A stretch of DNA of 64,000 bases from an uncultured Actinomycetes bacterium. GTDB lineage: Bacteria > Actinomycetota > Thermoleophilia > UBA2241. The stretch's first letter is position 1. Every line of letters begins with the position of its first letter. This document shows positions 31,261 through 40,747 of this stretch, piece after piece. The stretch is taken from the NCBI GenBank assembly GCA_963725665.1, contig CAVRZA010000001.1, positions 192,001 through 256,000 on the forward strand, read 5' to 3'. The notes beneath the pieces were generated by a model, which saw only the letters and a program-made list of their open reading frames with translations, was not told the origin of the DNA and made no database searches. The translations under genes were made by a program, and so were the position numbers.

Positions 31261-32061
31261 TCAGTCTTCATCGGTGCCAGATCGTTCCTTGTCGCCTGAC
31301 CCCTCCTCGTTGTCGCCGAACGGCGGGAGGGACGGCTTGCCGGCGATGAGGTCGTAGAACCAGAGCCTGAAGCGCTGGAACCGCGCGCGCCCACGCAGCT
31401 CCCGGGCCTGGGCGCGCGCCAGCTTCTCCGGCTTGCCGGCGTAGCGGGCGCGCGCCCAGGGCGAGCCCGGCCGCGCCAGGCGCACGGCGCCCACCAGTGC
31501 GACGACCGGCACCCAGATGCCGATGAAGCCGGTCCAGAGCTTGCCCTTGAAGACCGCTATCGCCGCGCAGACCAGGTTCAGCACCTCGAGGATCGTGCCC
31601 GGCAAGACGAAGAAGTCGCCGAGTTTGCTGCCCACGATGGGAGGCCCAACGAGCAGGAAGAGCAGGCCGGCCGCCGCGACGACGACCACGGCGTCGACGG
31701 AGAGCCGCCCCTGCTCCTCCCAGTAGACGTCCTCCAGGTGCAGGATGAGGGCGAACTCGTCGAGCGTCAGGGCGACGCCGGCGCCGAACGCGAAGGCGAG
31801 GAACTGCAGGACGAGGCCGGTCGGAGAGAGCGCGAACGTGAGCAGTCCCGTTGTGACCATGATGATCACACCGAAGACCATGTGGTGGATGTGCGTCCCG
31901 CCGGGCGTGATGTCGCGGAACCACCAGCTCACCTTGGCCCTGATGAGGCGGGTGTTGGCGCGGACGAGAAGGAAGGTGACGAGGAGGCCCAGGGTGAAGG
32001 CGAGAAGCACGGCACGATCCTCACCGACCAGGCCCTCCGCCAAGCCCACGACGACGAACAC
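31261..32061 (-). CDS. Actinobacterial integral membrane protein
   Basis: GTHIHHMVFG, LTLDEFALILHLEDVYW, RLARPGSPWAR. Confidence 0.8.
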   Translation of the reverse strand: MFVVVGLAEGLVGEDRAVLLAFTLGLLVTFLLVRANTRLIRAKVSWWFRDITPGGTHIHHMVFGVIIMVTTGLLTFALSPTGLVLQFLAFAFGAGVALTLDEFALILHLEDVYWEEQGRLSVDAVVVVAAAGLLFLLVGPPIVGSKLGDFFVLPGTILEVLNLVCAAIAVFKGKLWTGFIGIWVPVVALVGAVRLARPGSPWARARYAGKPEKLARAQARELRGRARFQRFRLWFYDLIAGKPSLPPFGDNEEGSGDKERSGTDED

Positions 32062-32368
32062 TAGGAGCGCTCCGCTGCGTCGTCTGGATGCGGACCCAGT
32101 GGCCGGTCGGTCTCAGGGTGTGGCTGCCGCTGAGCGACTGTTGGCACGAGGCCGAAGCGCCGCCGGCTCACGCCTGGCTTCGTCACGTCGTAGCTCCTGG
32201 GTCGGATGGCGGGAGCGCGATTATATCGGAGCGCGGCGGCCACGGGCCGCCGACCAAAGCGGCGCGATGGCTGGCCGCGGCGCTCGCTTGAGCGATAGGC
32301 TTGTGCCGCGTCGCCGGGCTGGTCGCCGACGATCGCACCGGCAGGCATGACATCGAAGGAGCCGATCC

Positions 32369-33586
32369 ATGGTCGACAACAGACAGTCCCCGCGCGATCC
32401 CGACCCCAGGGCAGATTCACTGTCGGCCGCGACGCTCGCCGTGTGGGGCGGCGAGGGCGGCTCCCTGGTGCAGGGGGCCACCCAGGTGCCGGTGGTCTAT
32501 AGCGCCGCCTACGGCTACCCCGACGTCGACTCGTGGCTCGACGTAGCCCTCGGCCGCAAGCCGGGCCACATCTACAGCCGCAACACCAACCCGACGGTGC
32601 GCGCCTTCGAGGAGAAGATACGCGTGCTCGAAGGCGCGCAAGCCGCCACGAGCTTTGCGACCGGCATGGCGGCGGTCAGCAACACACTCTTCGCGCTGCT
32701 TTCGCCGGGCGACCGTGTGGTCTCGGTGAAGGACACGTACGGTGGCACGAACAAGCTCTTCATCGACTTCCTGCCCCGTTTCGGGATCGAGGCGGAGCTG
32801 TGCGACACGACCGATCACGCACAGATCGAAGCCGCGATCGTCCAGGGTTGCACGCTCCTCTACCTGGAGACCCCGACGAACCCGACGCTCAAGGTCGTGG
32901 ACATCGCCCGGTTGGCCGCCGCCGCGCACGACGCGGGCGCACTCGTGGTCGCTGACAACACGTTCGCCACGCCGCTGAACCAGAACCCTCTGGCGCTCGG
33001 CGCCGACCTGGTGATCCACAGCGCGACCAAGTTCCTCGGCGGGCATGCCGACGCGCTGGGCGGCGCGCTGTGCGGCGGGCGGGAGCTGGTCGAGCGGGTG
33101 TTCCACTACCGGGAGATCACCGGCGCCACGCTCGACCCCATGGCGGCCTACCTGCTCGTCCGGGGCATGAAGACGCTGGCCCTGCGCATCGGCCGCCAGA
33201 ACGAGAGCGCCCTGCGCATCGCGGGCTGGCTGGAGGCGCAGCCCTCCGTCGCCGCCGTCTACTACCCCGGGCTCGAGACGCATCCCCAGCACGAGATCGC
33301 CGCCTCACAGATGCGTGGTTTCGGCGGTGTGCTCAGCTTCATGCTCGAGGGCGGCTTCGAAGCGGTCAAACGCGTGCTCCCGCGGCTCCGGCTGGCTCAC
33401 CGTGCCGCCAACCTGGGCGCGGTCGAGACCGTCGCGGGGCCGCCGGCAACGACGAGCCATGTGGAGTGCACGGCCGAGGAGCGCGAGGCGATGGGCATCC
33501 CCGAGGGGCTGATCCGCTACTCGGTGGGGATCGAGGACGCCGACGACCTGATCGCCGACCTGACGCGGGCCCTCGCGGTGGACTGA
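32369..33586 (+). CDS. Cystathionine gamma-synthase/lyase family PLP enzyme
   Basis: YSRNTNPT, ETPTNP, DNTFATP, HSATKFLGGH. Confidence 0.93.
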   Translation: MVDNRQSPRDPDPRADSLSAATLAVWGGEGGSLVQGATQVPVVYSAAYGYPDVDSWLDVALGRKPGHIYSRNTNPTVRAFEEKIRVLEGAQAATSFATGMAAVSNTLFALLSPGDRVVSVKDTYGGTNKLFIDFLPRFGIEAELCDTTDHAQIEAAIVQGCTLLYLETPTNPTLKVVDIARLAAAAHDAGALVVADNTFATPLNQNPLALGADLVIHSATKFLGGHADALGGALCGGRELVERVFHYREITGATLDPMAAYLLVRGMKTLALRIGRQNESALRIAGWLEAQPSVAAVYYPGLETHPQHEIAASQMRGFGGVLSFMLEGGFEAVKRVLPRLRLAHRAANLGAVETVAGPPATTSHVECTAEEREAMGIPEGLIRYSVGIEDADDLIADLTRALAVD

Positions 33587-33644
33587 GGGGCTAGGCCGCT
33601 TGCCGCGGCCCGCGCGATGACCGGCCGAGGTTCTCGCCGGATGC

Positions 33645-33685
33645 AAAAGGGGCGGGGCGGAATCGAGATTCCGCCCCGCCCCCTC
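33645..33685. terminator. Hairpin terminator between convergent genes (U-tract on minus strand)
   Basis: AAAAGGGGCGGGGCGGAATC-GA-GATTCCGCCCCGCCCCT. Confidence 0.8.
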
Positions 33686-33735
33686 TCGTTCACCCGACAC
33701 GCACGCCGGGCGGCCGAGTTGTTCGTTTGCGCCGC

Positions 33736-36351
33736 CTACTTCACCGTCACCTTGACCGTCGGCGACGTAGAGCTCGCAACGGTTGTGTTGCCGGCGTAGA
33801 GCGTCCTGAAGTACCAGGCGCCCTTCGCTGACGGCCTGTAGGTCTTGCTGTAGCCACTGCTCGCGTTGAGCGCGAACGTGTTCACAGCGGTCTTCCAGGT
33901 CCCACTCGTCGTGCGGCGGTACTGGATCTTGACGTTTCCGGTCGTGGCTGGCGTGACCTTGCCCGACAGCTTGACCGTCTTGCCGAGCAGGATCGTGCTG
34001 GCCGATTTAGCCAGCGTCGTCTTCGACGCCATCTTGGCGACGGCGACCTTCATCGATGCGCTGGCGAGGTCGGTCCCCGAGTCGCCGGAGCGAGCCCACA
34101 CGACCTTGTAGGTCGTGGCGGCGGCCGGGGTGACCATGAAGGCGAAGTTGCCCTGTGCGTCGGCAGTCGTCTTCATGCCCGTGTCGACGCCGTTCGCCCA
34201 GAGGGCGAGCGACGCGCCGGCGGCGCCGGTGGCATCACCGTTCACGACCTTGCCGGTCACGAAGCCGGTGCCACCCGGGACGACGGACTTCGAGGCGAAG
34301 AGCTGAGCGAACGCGCCGCCCACCGACTTCGCCTCCTGCACGGCCTTCGTGAGACCGGCCTGGATGTAGGCGGGGTTGTGAGCGCCGTCGGATGAATCGG
34401 CCTCCCACGCCTTGTAGTTCCAGGTCGCCCGACCGATGAGGATGTATCCGGGCTTCGTGCTGTCGGTCAGGGAGTACTCGGCCGGCGGTGTGGCGGCGTC
34501 GGTGACGGCGAGGATCGCGGCCTTGGCATTGTCGGCCAGGGTCGTGGCATCACCCTGCCACGTGTTGATGTACACCTGCAGATCGTCACGCGACTCGGTC
34601 GCGTGGCACTTCGAGCAGGAGTCCTCGCCGATGTACTGCGTGGTGCCCGCCGCGGTGGCCGCCGACATCCAGTCGTCGGCCTTCTCGGGGAGCATGATCT
34701 TCATGCCGTGCGAGAAGCGGTTGGCAGCCCTGTTGGTCTTGGGCATGTGGCAGTCTTCGCACTTGACGCCCGGCATGACCTGGGTGGTGTCGGGCACGTC
34801 GACCATCACGCTGCGGCCGTGGTACATCTCGCGCTGCGGATGGCTGACCAGATGCTCCGTGAGGTCCGGAAGTCCGGTGGTGGGGTCGGCCAGCGGCTTG
34901 TAGGTGGGTGTCGTGCCGAGGACCTCCATCTGCCAGTTGTGGCAGTCCTCGCAGATGCTCTGGTTGTCGACCGTGAGACCCTTCGCACTGCGCGAGGCGT
35001 CGGTGTCGCCTGCCTTGTCGGGCTGGCGGATGACGTCGGGCGCGTTGGGGCCCGAGGGGTGCGCGGCGTGGCAGGTGACGCACTCCTGGCCCATCTTGCC
35101 GGTGTCGGTGGCGTCGAGTGTCACGTTCGCGGCGAGGGGGTCGCCCTTGCTGTTGAGGTACCCCTCACCCGTGTGGCACTTCAGGCAGCCGGGTGCCGCC
35201 GTGGCCAGGGTGAAGTGAGTCGAGGTATCGGCCCTGGCCTGGTAGGCGAGGGCGTCCGGATCGGTCTTGGCCAGGGCCTGACGCCACGAGTGCGCCGAAG
35301 CCGACCACTCGTTGTAGTAGTAGTGGCTGCCCTTAGCGTTGCTCCCGTTGGGGAACATGAAGTACGCCGTCGGGTTCGCGAGGAACTCGGTCTCGGTTGG
35401 GATGTAGGTGTACGATTGACCGCCCGACACGCCGTTGATGTCGACGAAGTTGCGCATCGGCTGGTTGGTCGTGTAGCCGTAGATGCCCAGCGTGCCGGTC
35501 ACGGTGGTGTAGCTGCCGTGGCACTGGCCGCACACCTGGGACTGGCCGAGGACGTCCAGCGTCTTGGAGACGTCAACGCCCGTGAGATGGTGCTGGGTCG
35601 CTGTCGCATCGGCGACGCCGGTGCCGTGGCAGTTCTCGCACTGGATGCTCATGCCGGGGTACGACACGGTCGGATCGGCCATGAAGTCGGCCGCCGTCTT
35701 GGTGTCGTCGCGGGCCCACTGCCTCGCCGTCGTGGCGCTGGCGGCGATGGTCGCGGCCGGGTTCGGCACCGCCTGGCCCGCCGCCGTCGTCGGCACCGTG
35801 GAGCCGAGCTGGTGGCAGCGCTGGCAGCCGTACTGGACGTCGTATAGGCCCGTGTCCGGAGCCTCCAGACCGACGGTGTAGTCACCTTCGTCGATCGGCA
35901 CAGGGTGGCCCGCCTTGGGCTCGGCCGTGAGACCTTCGACGAGGTTCCAGGGGTTGATGTTGGGATCGGTGCTGCCCATCCAGAAGTTGTACTCGGTCGC
36001 CGCGCCGCCGGCGAAGTCGCCTAGGGTCATCCAGGGCTGGCCGGCGATCGAATAGGTACCGCCGCCGTCGAACAAGGCCGGCGGGGTGCCGGCGACCACC
36101 GGCGGAGTCCCTGCGGCCCTGAAGTCGGTCCAGCTTGCCGGAGGCGTTGGCACCAGGCCTTGCTTGGCGAAGCGGCTGTGTACCGTATCGAGGGTGGTGT
36201 TGCCGAACCCACTGTGGCAACCGACGCACGCAGCCTGGCCCGCGTAGTGCATACCGTACTCGTTGACGAGACCGGCAGCCAGCGCCGTCGCCGGGACCAT
36301 CACCATGGCGACGATGGCTACGGCGAACAACAACAGTATCTTTTTCCCCAT
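33736..36351 (-). CDS. Secreted multiheme cytochrome c (9 CxxCH) with C-terminal Ig-like domains
   Basis: Signal peptide MGKKILLL...ATALA; CVGCH, CQRCH, CENCH, CGQCH, CLKCH, CVTCH, CEDCH x2, CSKCH; DSSDGAHNP tail; beta-rich C-terminus. Confidence 0.92.
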   Translation of the reverse strand: MGKKILLLFAVAIVAMVMVPATALAAGLVNEYGMHYAGQAACVGCHSGFGNTTLDTVHSRFAKQGLVPTPPASWTDFRAAGTPPVVAGTPPALFDGGGTYSIAGQPWMTLGDFAGGAATEYNFWMGSTDPNINPWNLVEGLTAEPKAGHPVPIDEGDYTVGLEAPDTGLYDVQYGCQRCHQLGSTVPTTAAGQAVPNPAATIAASATTARQWARDDTKTAADFMADPTVSYPGMSIQCENCHGTGVADATATQHHLTGVDVSKTLDVLGQSQVCGQCHGSYTTVTGTLGIYGYTTNQPMRNFVDINGVSGGQSYTYIPTETEFLANPTAYFMFPNGSNAKGSHYYYNEWSASAHSWRQALAKTDPDALAYQARADTSTHFTLATAAPGCLKCHTGEGYLNSKGDPLAANVTLDATDTGKMGQECVTCHAAHPSGPNAPDVIRQPDKAGDTDASRSAKGLTVDNQSICEDCHNWQMEVLGTTPTYKPLADPTTGLPDLTEHLVSHPQREMYHGRSVMVDVPDTTQVMPGVKCEDCHMPKTNRAANRFSHGMKIMLPEKADDWMSAATAAGTTQYIGEDSCSKCHATESRDDLQVYINTWQGDATTLADNAKAAILAVTDAATPPAEYSLTDSTKPGYILIGRATWNYKAWEADSSDGAHNPAYIQAGLTKAVQEAKSVGGAFAQLFASKSVVPGGTGFVTGKVVNGDATGAAGASLALWANGVDTGMKTTADAQGNFAFMVTPAAATTYKVVWARSGDSGTDLASASMKVAVAKMASKTTLAKSASTILLGKTVKLSGKVTPATTGNVKIQYRRTTSGTWKTAVNTFALNASSGYSKTYRPSAKGAWYFRTLYAGNTTVASSTSPTVKVTVK

Positions 36352-36505
36352 GCTCCCTCCGTTCGAGGATTACCCTATCACTCAGATCAGGTAAATCAGG
36401 TCCGTGCGCGCCCCCTTTCGTGCGGCCGCTCGGCTACCCGGTCGGTTTGACGCGGGCGCCCTCGGCGTCTAGTCGTCGAACGTGTCAGGCAGCGTCACGG
36501 AGGTT

Positions 36506-36521
36506 TGTGAAGGCCGACACA
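36506..36521. promoter_or_regulatory. CRP/FNR-family-like site TGTGA-N6-ACACA
   Basis: One mismatch to TGTGA-N6-TCACA, upstream of the cytochrome. Confidence 0.4.
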
Positions 36522-36548
36522 TGCGTACCACACTTACCTTAAGTCATT

Positions 36549-36566
36549 TTGTGCAAGTAGTCACGC
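36549..36566. promoter_or_regulatory. Rex-like operator TTGTG-N8-CACGC
   Basis: Partial match to TTGTG-N8-CACAA in the AT-rich region upstream of the cytochrome. Confidence 0.4.
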
Positions 36567-36817
36567 AATACTGGGGCGCTCGCGACGAAGAAATAGTGCT
36601 GATACCCGAGGGAGTCCCGAGCGCCCCAGGACTTGGCTGTAGTGTCTACACCAGACGGGGCCCCTCTGTCCACCCGGAGGTGCGAGGCTGTAGGGACCGG
36701 GTCGGGGTGAGGAGATCAGGCGCGCGACGAGGTGGAAGTGCGGCGATGGCGGTGTCCTCCCAGGGCCCTCCAGAGCAGCCGACGCGGGACGCGCTCGCGA
36801 CCCCCTGCGCCGCCCGG

Positions 36818-37436
36818 TCAATACCGCGCGACGAGGAGCTGGCCGCGCACGCCGGCCGGCTCGCAGCGTTCCACGCTGAAGCCGGCCGAGGCGGCCAGCT
36901 CAGACAGCTCTCTGCCCCGTGTAGATGCGCACATCACCGCCCGGCAGGCGCGGCAGCAGCGCGTTCATGAGCTGGCGCAACGGCGCCGCGACGCGCCACT
37001 CGCCGATCACCAGGCCGCCTCCGGGCCGCGCGACGCGCGCCATCTCGCGCAGCGCGGCTCGTGGATCGGGGTAGTGGTGGACCGAGTCGACGCAGACGAC
37101 GAGGTCGATGCTGTCGTCAGGGAGAGGGAGATGCTCGGCGTCGCCGACGTGCATCTCCGCCGCGTCGCCCAGCTTCTCGCCGGCGACGCCGAGCATCTCC
37201 GGCGAGAGGTCGACGCCGACGGCGTGCACCTCGGGATGCGCGCTGAGGATGGCCTGGAGGATGGCTCCCGTGCCGCAGCCGACGTCGAGGACGGCGGCGA
37301 ACGTGAAGGTCTCGACGGCGGCCAGGACGTCCGCCTGCAGCCGCCGGGCGTGTCGACCGTAGGCGGCGCTGTCGTAGTCGCGCGCCTGGCGGCCGAAGGC
37401 GGTCCGGGAGCGCTGTTTGAAGTCTCGCTCGGGCAC
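36818..37436 (-). CDS. Class I SAM-dependent methyltransferase, frameshift near 36915
   Basis: VLDVGCGTG, GDAEHLP, RVARPGG; tail AELSELAASAGF in another frame. Confidence 0.87.
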
Positions 37437-37473
37437 CGTCAGCCGCGGGGCTTGGTCACCGGCGGCTCAGTCG

Positions 37474-38289
37474 TCAGCGACCGTTGGCGGAGAAGTGCTG
37501 GTAGTCGCGCGCGGGGCGCCAGTAGCCGCCCCACTCCCAGCCGACGGCGGCGAAGGCTTGCACGACCTTCCCGCCGGCGTGGATCATGCCGCGGCGGCGC
37601 AGGGAGCGGTCGGCGTAGGCTCGCCCCTGAGGCGGTGAGACGTAGCTGCCGGAGACGTATGGGTTCTCGACCGGGTCGAGGTCGATGGCGATCCCGTAGG
37701 CGTGCATGGACCAGCGGTGCGTGCCCGAGACGTAGCGGCCGTTGAACGCCGAGGTGTTGTCGGCCGCCATCGACTTGTGGTCGTCGGCGGCGAAGTTCTC
37801 GATGAGGCGCATCCTGCGTATGGGGAAGCGCTTGTCGAAGAGGGCGTGGAAGACGCGCACGACCCGCCACGCCACGCCGCGCGCGACCACCAGGTTGCCC
37901 CTGTGCGTCTCGCCGTCGAAGCCCCAGTACCTCAAGGTGAGGAGCCTCAGGCGGCTGATCGGCACCGGGCAGCCGCGCCGCCAGGAGCCCACACTGATCA
38001 TGCGCGTGCGAAGGGCGTCGGGGATCGGCTCGACCTTGGCGCGGAACGTGGGCGTCGGTGAGGGAGTCGGTGTCGGCGTGGGTGAGGCCGTCGGCGTGGC
38101 TGTGACCGCGGCGGAGACGCTCGGCGACGGGGAGGCGGGTGCGCTGCTCGCCGCCGCGCTCGTCAGCGCCGACGCCGCGGCGTCGAGGCCGCAGCCGGCG
38201 ACGAGCGCACACGCGGCGAGCAGCGCACCCGCCGTCAGAGCGAGTGCCACCGCGCGCCCGGCTCTTGTCCCTCTCGATCCTGCTCTCAT
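37474..38289 (-). CDS. M15 family D-Ala-D-Ala carboxypeptidase, probable lipoprotein
   Basis: Lipobox LVAGC, Thr/Pro linker, DNTSAFNGR, SMHAYGIAID, DYQHF. Confidence 0.9.
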   Translation of the reverse strand: MRAGSRGTRAGRAVALALTAGALLAACALVAGCGLDAAASALTSAAASSAPASPSPSVSAAVTATPTASPTPTPTPSPTPTFRAKVEPIPDALRTRMISVGSWRRGCPVPISRLRLLTLRYWGFDGETHRGNLVVARGVAWRVVRVFHALFDKRFPIRRMRLIENFAADDHKSMAADNTSAFNGRYVSGTHRWSMHAYGIAIDLDPVENPYVSGSYVSPPQGRAYADRSLRRRGMIHAGGKVVQAFAAVGWEWGGYWRPARDYQHFSANGR

Positions 38290-38446
38290 CTCGTGCTCTC
38301 GGTTCTCGGCGCCGGCCGCGTTTCCTTGAAGGTGCGGCTTCAGCGCCTAACAGCCGACGATACCGTACCGCGCCGCGGCGTGCAGATGCGGCCTGCGGGG
38401 CAGTGTGTTCTGGCCGCCGCCGCCGCGCGGGGCTAGGATTCGCGCC

Positions 38447-39619
38447 ATGTCGTTCGGCGTCGAAGCACAGGCCGTCATGCGGCCGGGGATCATCGAGCTG
38501 CGCTGGGGTGACCCGGACCCGCGACTGATCCCCGTCGAGACGATCGCCGAGGCGACGCACCGTGTGTTCGCCGAAGTCGGACCGGCGGCGTTGAACTACG
38601 GCGCCAACCAGGGACCGTCCGCGTTGTTGGCGGCGCTCGCGGAGCGCATCGCGCTCCGCGAGCGCCGCCCGTTGTCTCTGGGCGAGATCGCCGCGACCAA
38701 CGGCAACTTGCCCGCCCTGCACCAGCTTGTCGCGCTGCTCGTGCGTCCCGGAGACGTCGTGTTCGTCGAAGACCCCGGCTTCAGCCTGGCGCTGCGCATC
38801 TTCCGCGACCTGGGCGTCGAGCTCGTCGGTGTGCCCTTCGACGAGGGAGGCCTCGACGTGGAGGCGCTCGCCGAGGCGATCGTCGACGTACGTCACCGGG
38901 GCCGGACACCGCGCCTGCTGTACACCGTTGCCACGTTCCACAACCCCACGGGGCTGTCGTTGGCCGACGAGCGCCGCCGGCGGCTGCTCGAGGTTGCCGC
39001 CGGCGCCGACCTGCTCGTGGTCGAGGACGACGTCTACCGGGAGCTCGTCTACGAGGGCGCGGCGCCGCCGTCGCTGTGGAGCCTTGCCGCCGGCGTCGAC
39101 GGCGCGCCGGCGCTCGTCGTGCGCTTGGGCAGCTTCTCGAAGTCGCTCTCGCCCGGCTTGCGCTGCGGTTTCCTCACCGGCCCGGCTGCCGTGGTCGACC
39201 GTTTCGCCCAGTCGGGCCTGCTCGACGGCGCCGGCTGCTTGAGCCAGTTCACCTCGTGCATCGTGGCGGAGACGATCCGCAGCGGGGCTTACGACGAGAA
39301 CGTGGCTCGCCTGCGGCAAGCGTATGGGGCGCGACGCGACGCCCTCGTCGAGGGCCTGCGCCGCGCCCTGCCGGTCTCGTGCGGCCTCACAGAGCCGCGG
39401 GGTGGCTTCTTCCTCTGGGTGACGTTGCCCGAGGGCAGGCGCGCCGCCGATCTGCTGCCGCTGGCCGAGGCAAGCGGGGTCTCGTTTTTCGGCGGCGCCC
39501 GCTTCTCACTGCACGGCGACGACCGGGGCATGCGGCTGGGTTTCAGCATGTTCGAACCGGCCGAGCTCGCGGCCGGCGCCGAACGGCTCGGGCGCGCCGT
39601 CGGGGAGCTCCTTCACTAG
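38447..39619 (+). CDS. Class I/II PLP aminotransferase (2-aminoadipate/MocR-like), leaderless
   Basis: FHNPTG, EDDVY, GSFSKSLSPGLRCG; TAGGAT 7 nt before ATG. Confidence 0.9.
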   Translation: MSFGVEAQAVMRPGIIELRWGDPDPRLIPVETIAEATHRVFAEVGPAALNYGANQGPSALLAALAERIALRERRPLSLGEIAATNGNLPALHQLVALLVRPGDVVFVEDPGFSLALRIFRDLGVELVGVPFDEGGLDVEALAEAIVDVRHRGRTPRLLYTVATFHNPTGLSLADERRRRLLEVAAGADLLVVEDDVYRELVYEGAAPPSLWSLAAGVDGAPALVVRLGSFSKSLSPGLRCGFLTGPAAVVDRFAQSGLLDGAGCLSQFTSCIVAETIRSGAYDENVARLRQAYGARRDALVEGLRRALPVSCGLTEPRGGFFLWVTLPEGRRAADLLPLAEASGVSFFGGARFSLHGDDRGMRLGFSMFEPAELAAGAERLGRAVGELLH

Positions 39620-39721
39620 GAGTCCCCACCGCACCGTTGCGCAGCGCGGGCGTGGTCGGTCTTGCCAAAGGGAGCGCGGGTGGGTCGTGGGACGGCGTCG
39701 CGGCGACCCCGCCGATGGCGG

Positions 39722-40588
39722 CTACGCGAGCTGGACCGACCGCTTGGAGAGGCCCAACCAGAAGCCGCTGATGACGGTGACGGGTGCCGCCGCTCCTCCG
39801 GCGCCGAGCGTCACGAACAACGGCGCGAGGTGCTCCGTCGAGGGGTGAGCCTGGTCGGCGCCGGGGGCCTCGTCGAACCCGATCAGCGTGTCGACGTCTC
39901 CGGCGTCGAGCGCCTCCCCGGCCCAGCGATCGAAGTCGGCCGACCAGCCGGGAGGCGGAGCGTCGATGCGGAAGTCGCGCAGGTAGGGAAGACCGTGCGT
40001 GAGGAATCCGCTGCCTATCAGGATCACGCCCTCGTCTCGCAGGGGACGGAGCCGCTCGCCCAAGGCCAGCAGTCGCCGCGGGTCGAGGTTCGGCATCGAG
40101 ATCTGCAGCACCGGCACGTCGGCCTCGGGATACATGACCAGCAGCGGCACGTAGGCGCCGTGGTCGAGGCCGCGAGTGGGCTGCTCGGCGACCGTCTCGG
40201 CCCCGGCGAGCAGCTCGCGCACCCTGTCTGCGAGCCCAGGAGCTCCCGGCGCCAGGTACTGGGCTCGGTAGTAGCGCTCCGGAAAGCCGTAGAAGTCGTA
40301 GACGAGCGGTACGCCGTCGTCGGTGGCACCGAGCGTGAGCGGCGCTCGCTCCCAGTGCGCGGAGACCATCAGGATCGCTTGCGGCCGGGGCATGGCCTTC
40401 GCCCAAGCGCCCAGCTCTGCGACCCAGAGCGGGTCGTCGAGGAGCGGCGGCGCGCCGTGTCCGAGGTAGATGGCCGGCATGCGGCCCTCGATGAGGGCGG
40501 CGGCGGCGCGCTCCGCGACCGCCGCCGCCGCCGCTTCGACTTCGGCTGCCGAAGTGGCTGCCGGCTTCCAGAACAGGTCCTCGTCCAT
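39722..40588 (-). CDS. DODA/LigB-type extradiol dioxygenase
   Basis: YLGHGAP, SAHW, YDFYGFP, GLDHG, AHPSTEH. Confidence 0.92.
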   Translation of the reverse strand: MDEDLFWKPAATSAAEVEAAAAAVAERAAAALIEGRMPAIYLGHGAPPLLDDPLWVAELGAWAKAMPRPQAILMVSAHWERAPLTLGATDDGVPLVYDFYGFPERYYRAQYLAPGAPGLADRVRELLAGAETVAEQPTRGLDHGAYVPLLVMYPEADVPVLQISMPNLDPRRLLALGERLRPLRDEGVILIGSGFLTHGLPYLRDFRIDAPPPGWSADFDRWAGEALDAGDVDTLIGFDEAPGADQAHPSTEHLAPLFVTLGAGGAAAPVTVISGFWLGLSKRSVQLA

Positions 40589-40747
40589 GCCTGACGCTCT
40601 CCAAGGTCTCGAGCGGGGATCGCGCCGGAGGCACACGCTTGCGCCCTGCACGGCCATTTCGCCTCGCTGGGGTCTGGGCTCAGTCTACAGACGCCTGAGG
40701 TGAGCGGCCACGGCCGGTCTTCTCGATGCCAGCCTAGCTGGTCTCGT

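Noticed and set aside
36400-36480. c-di-GMP-I riboswitch upstream of the cytochrome
   Set aside because: Only a 3' GTAGCCGAGCGGCC resemblance; the GGCAAA...GACGCAAA 5' part is missing
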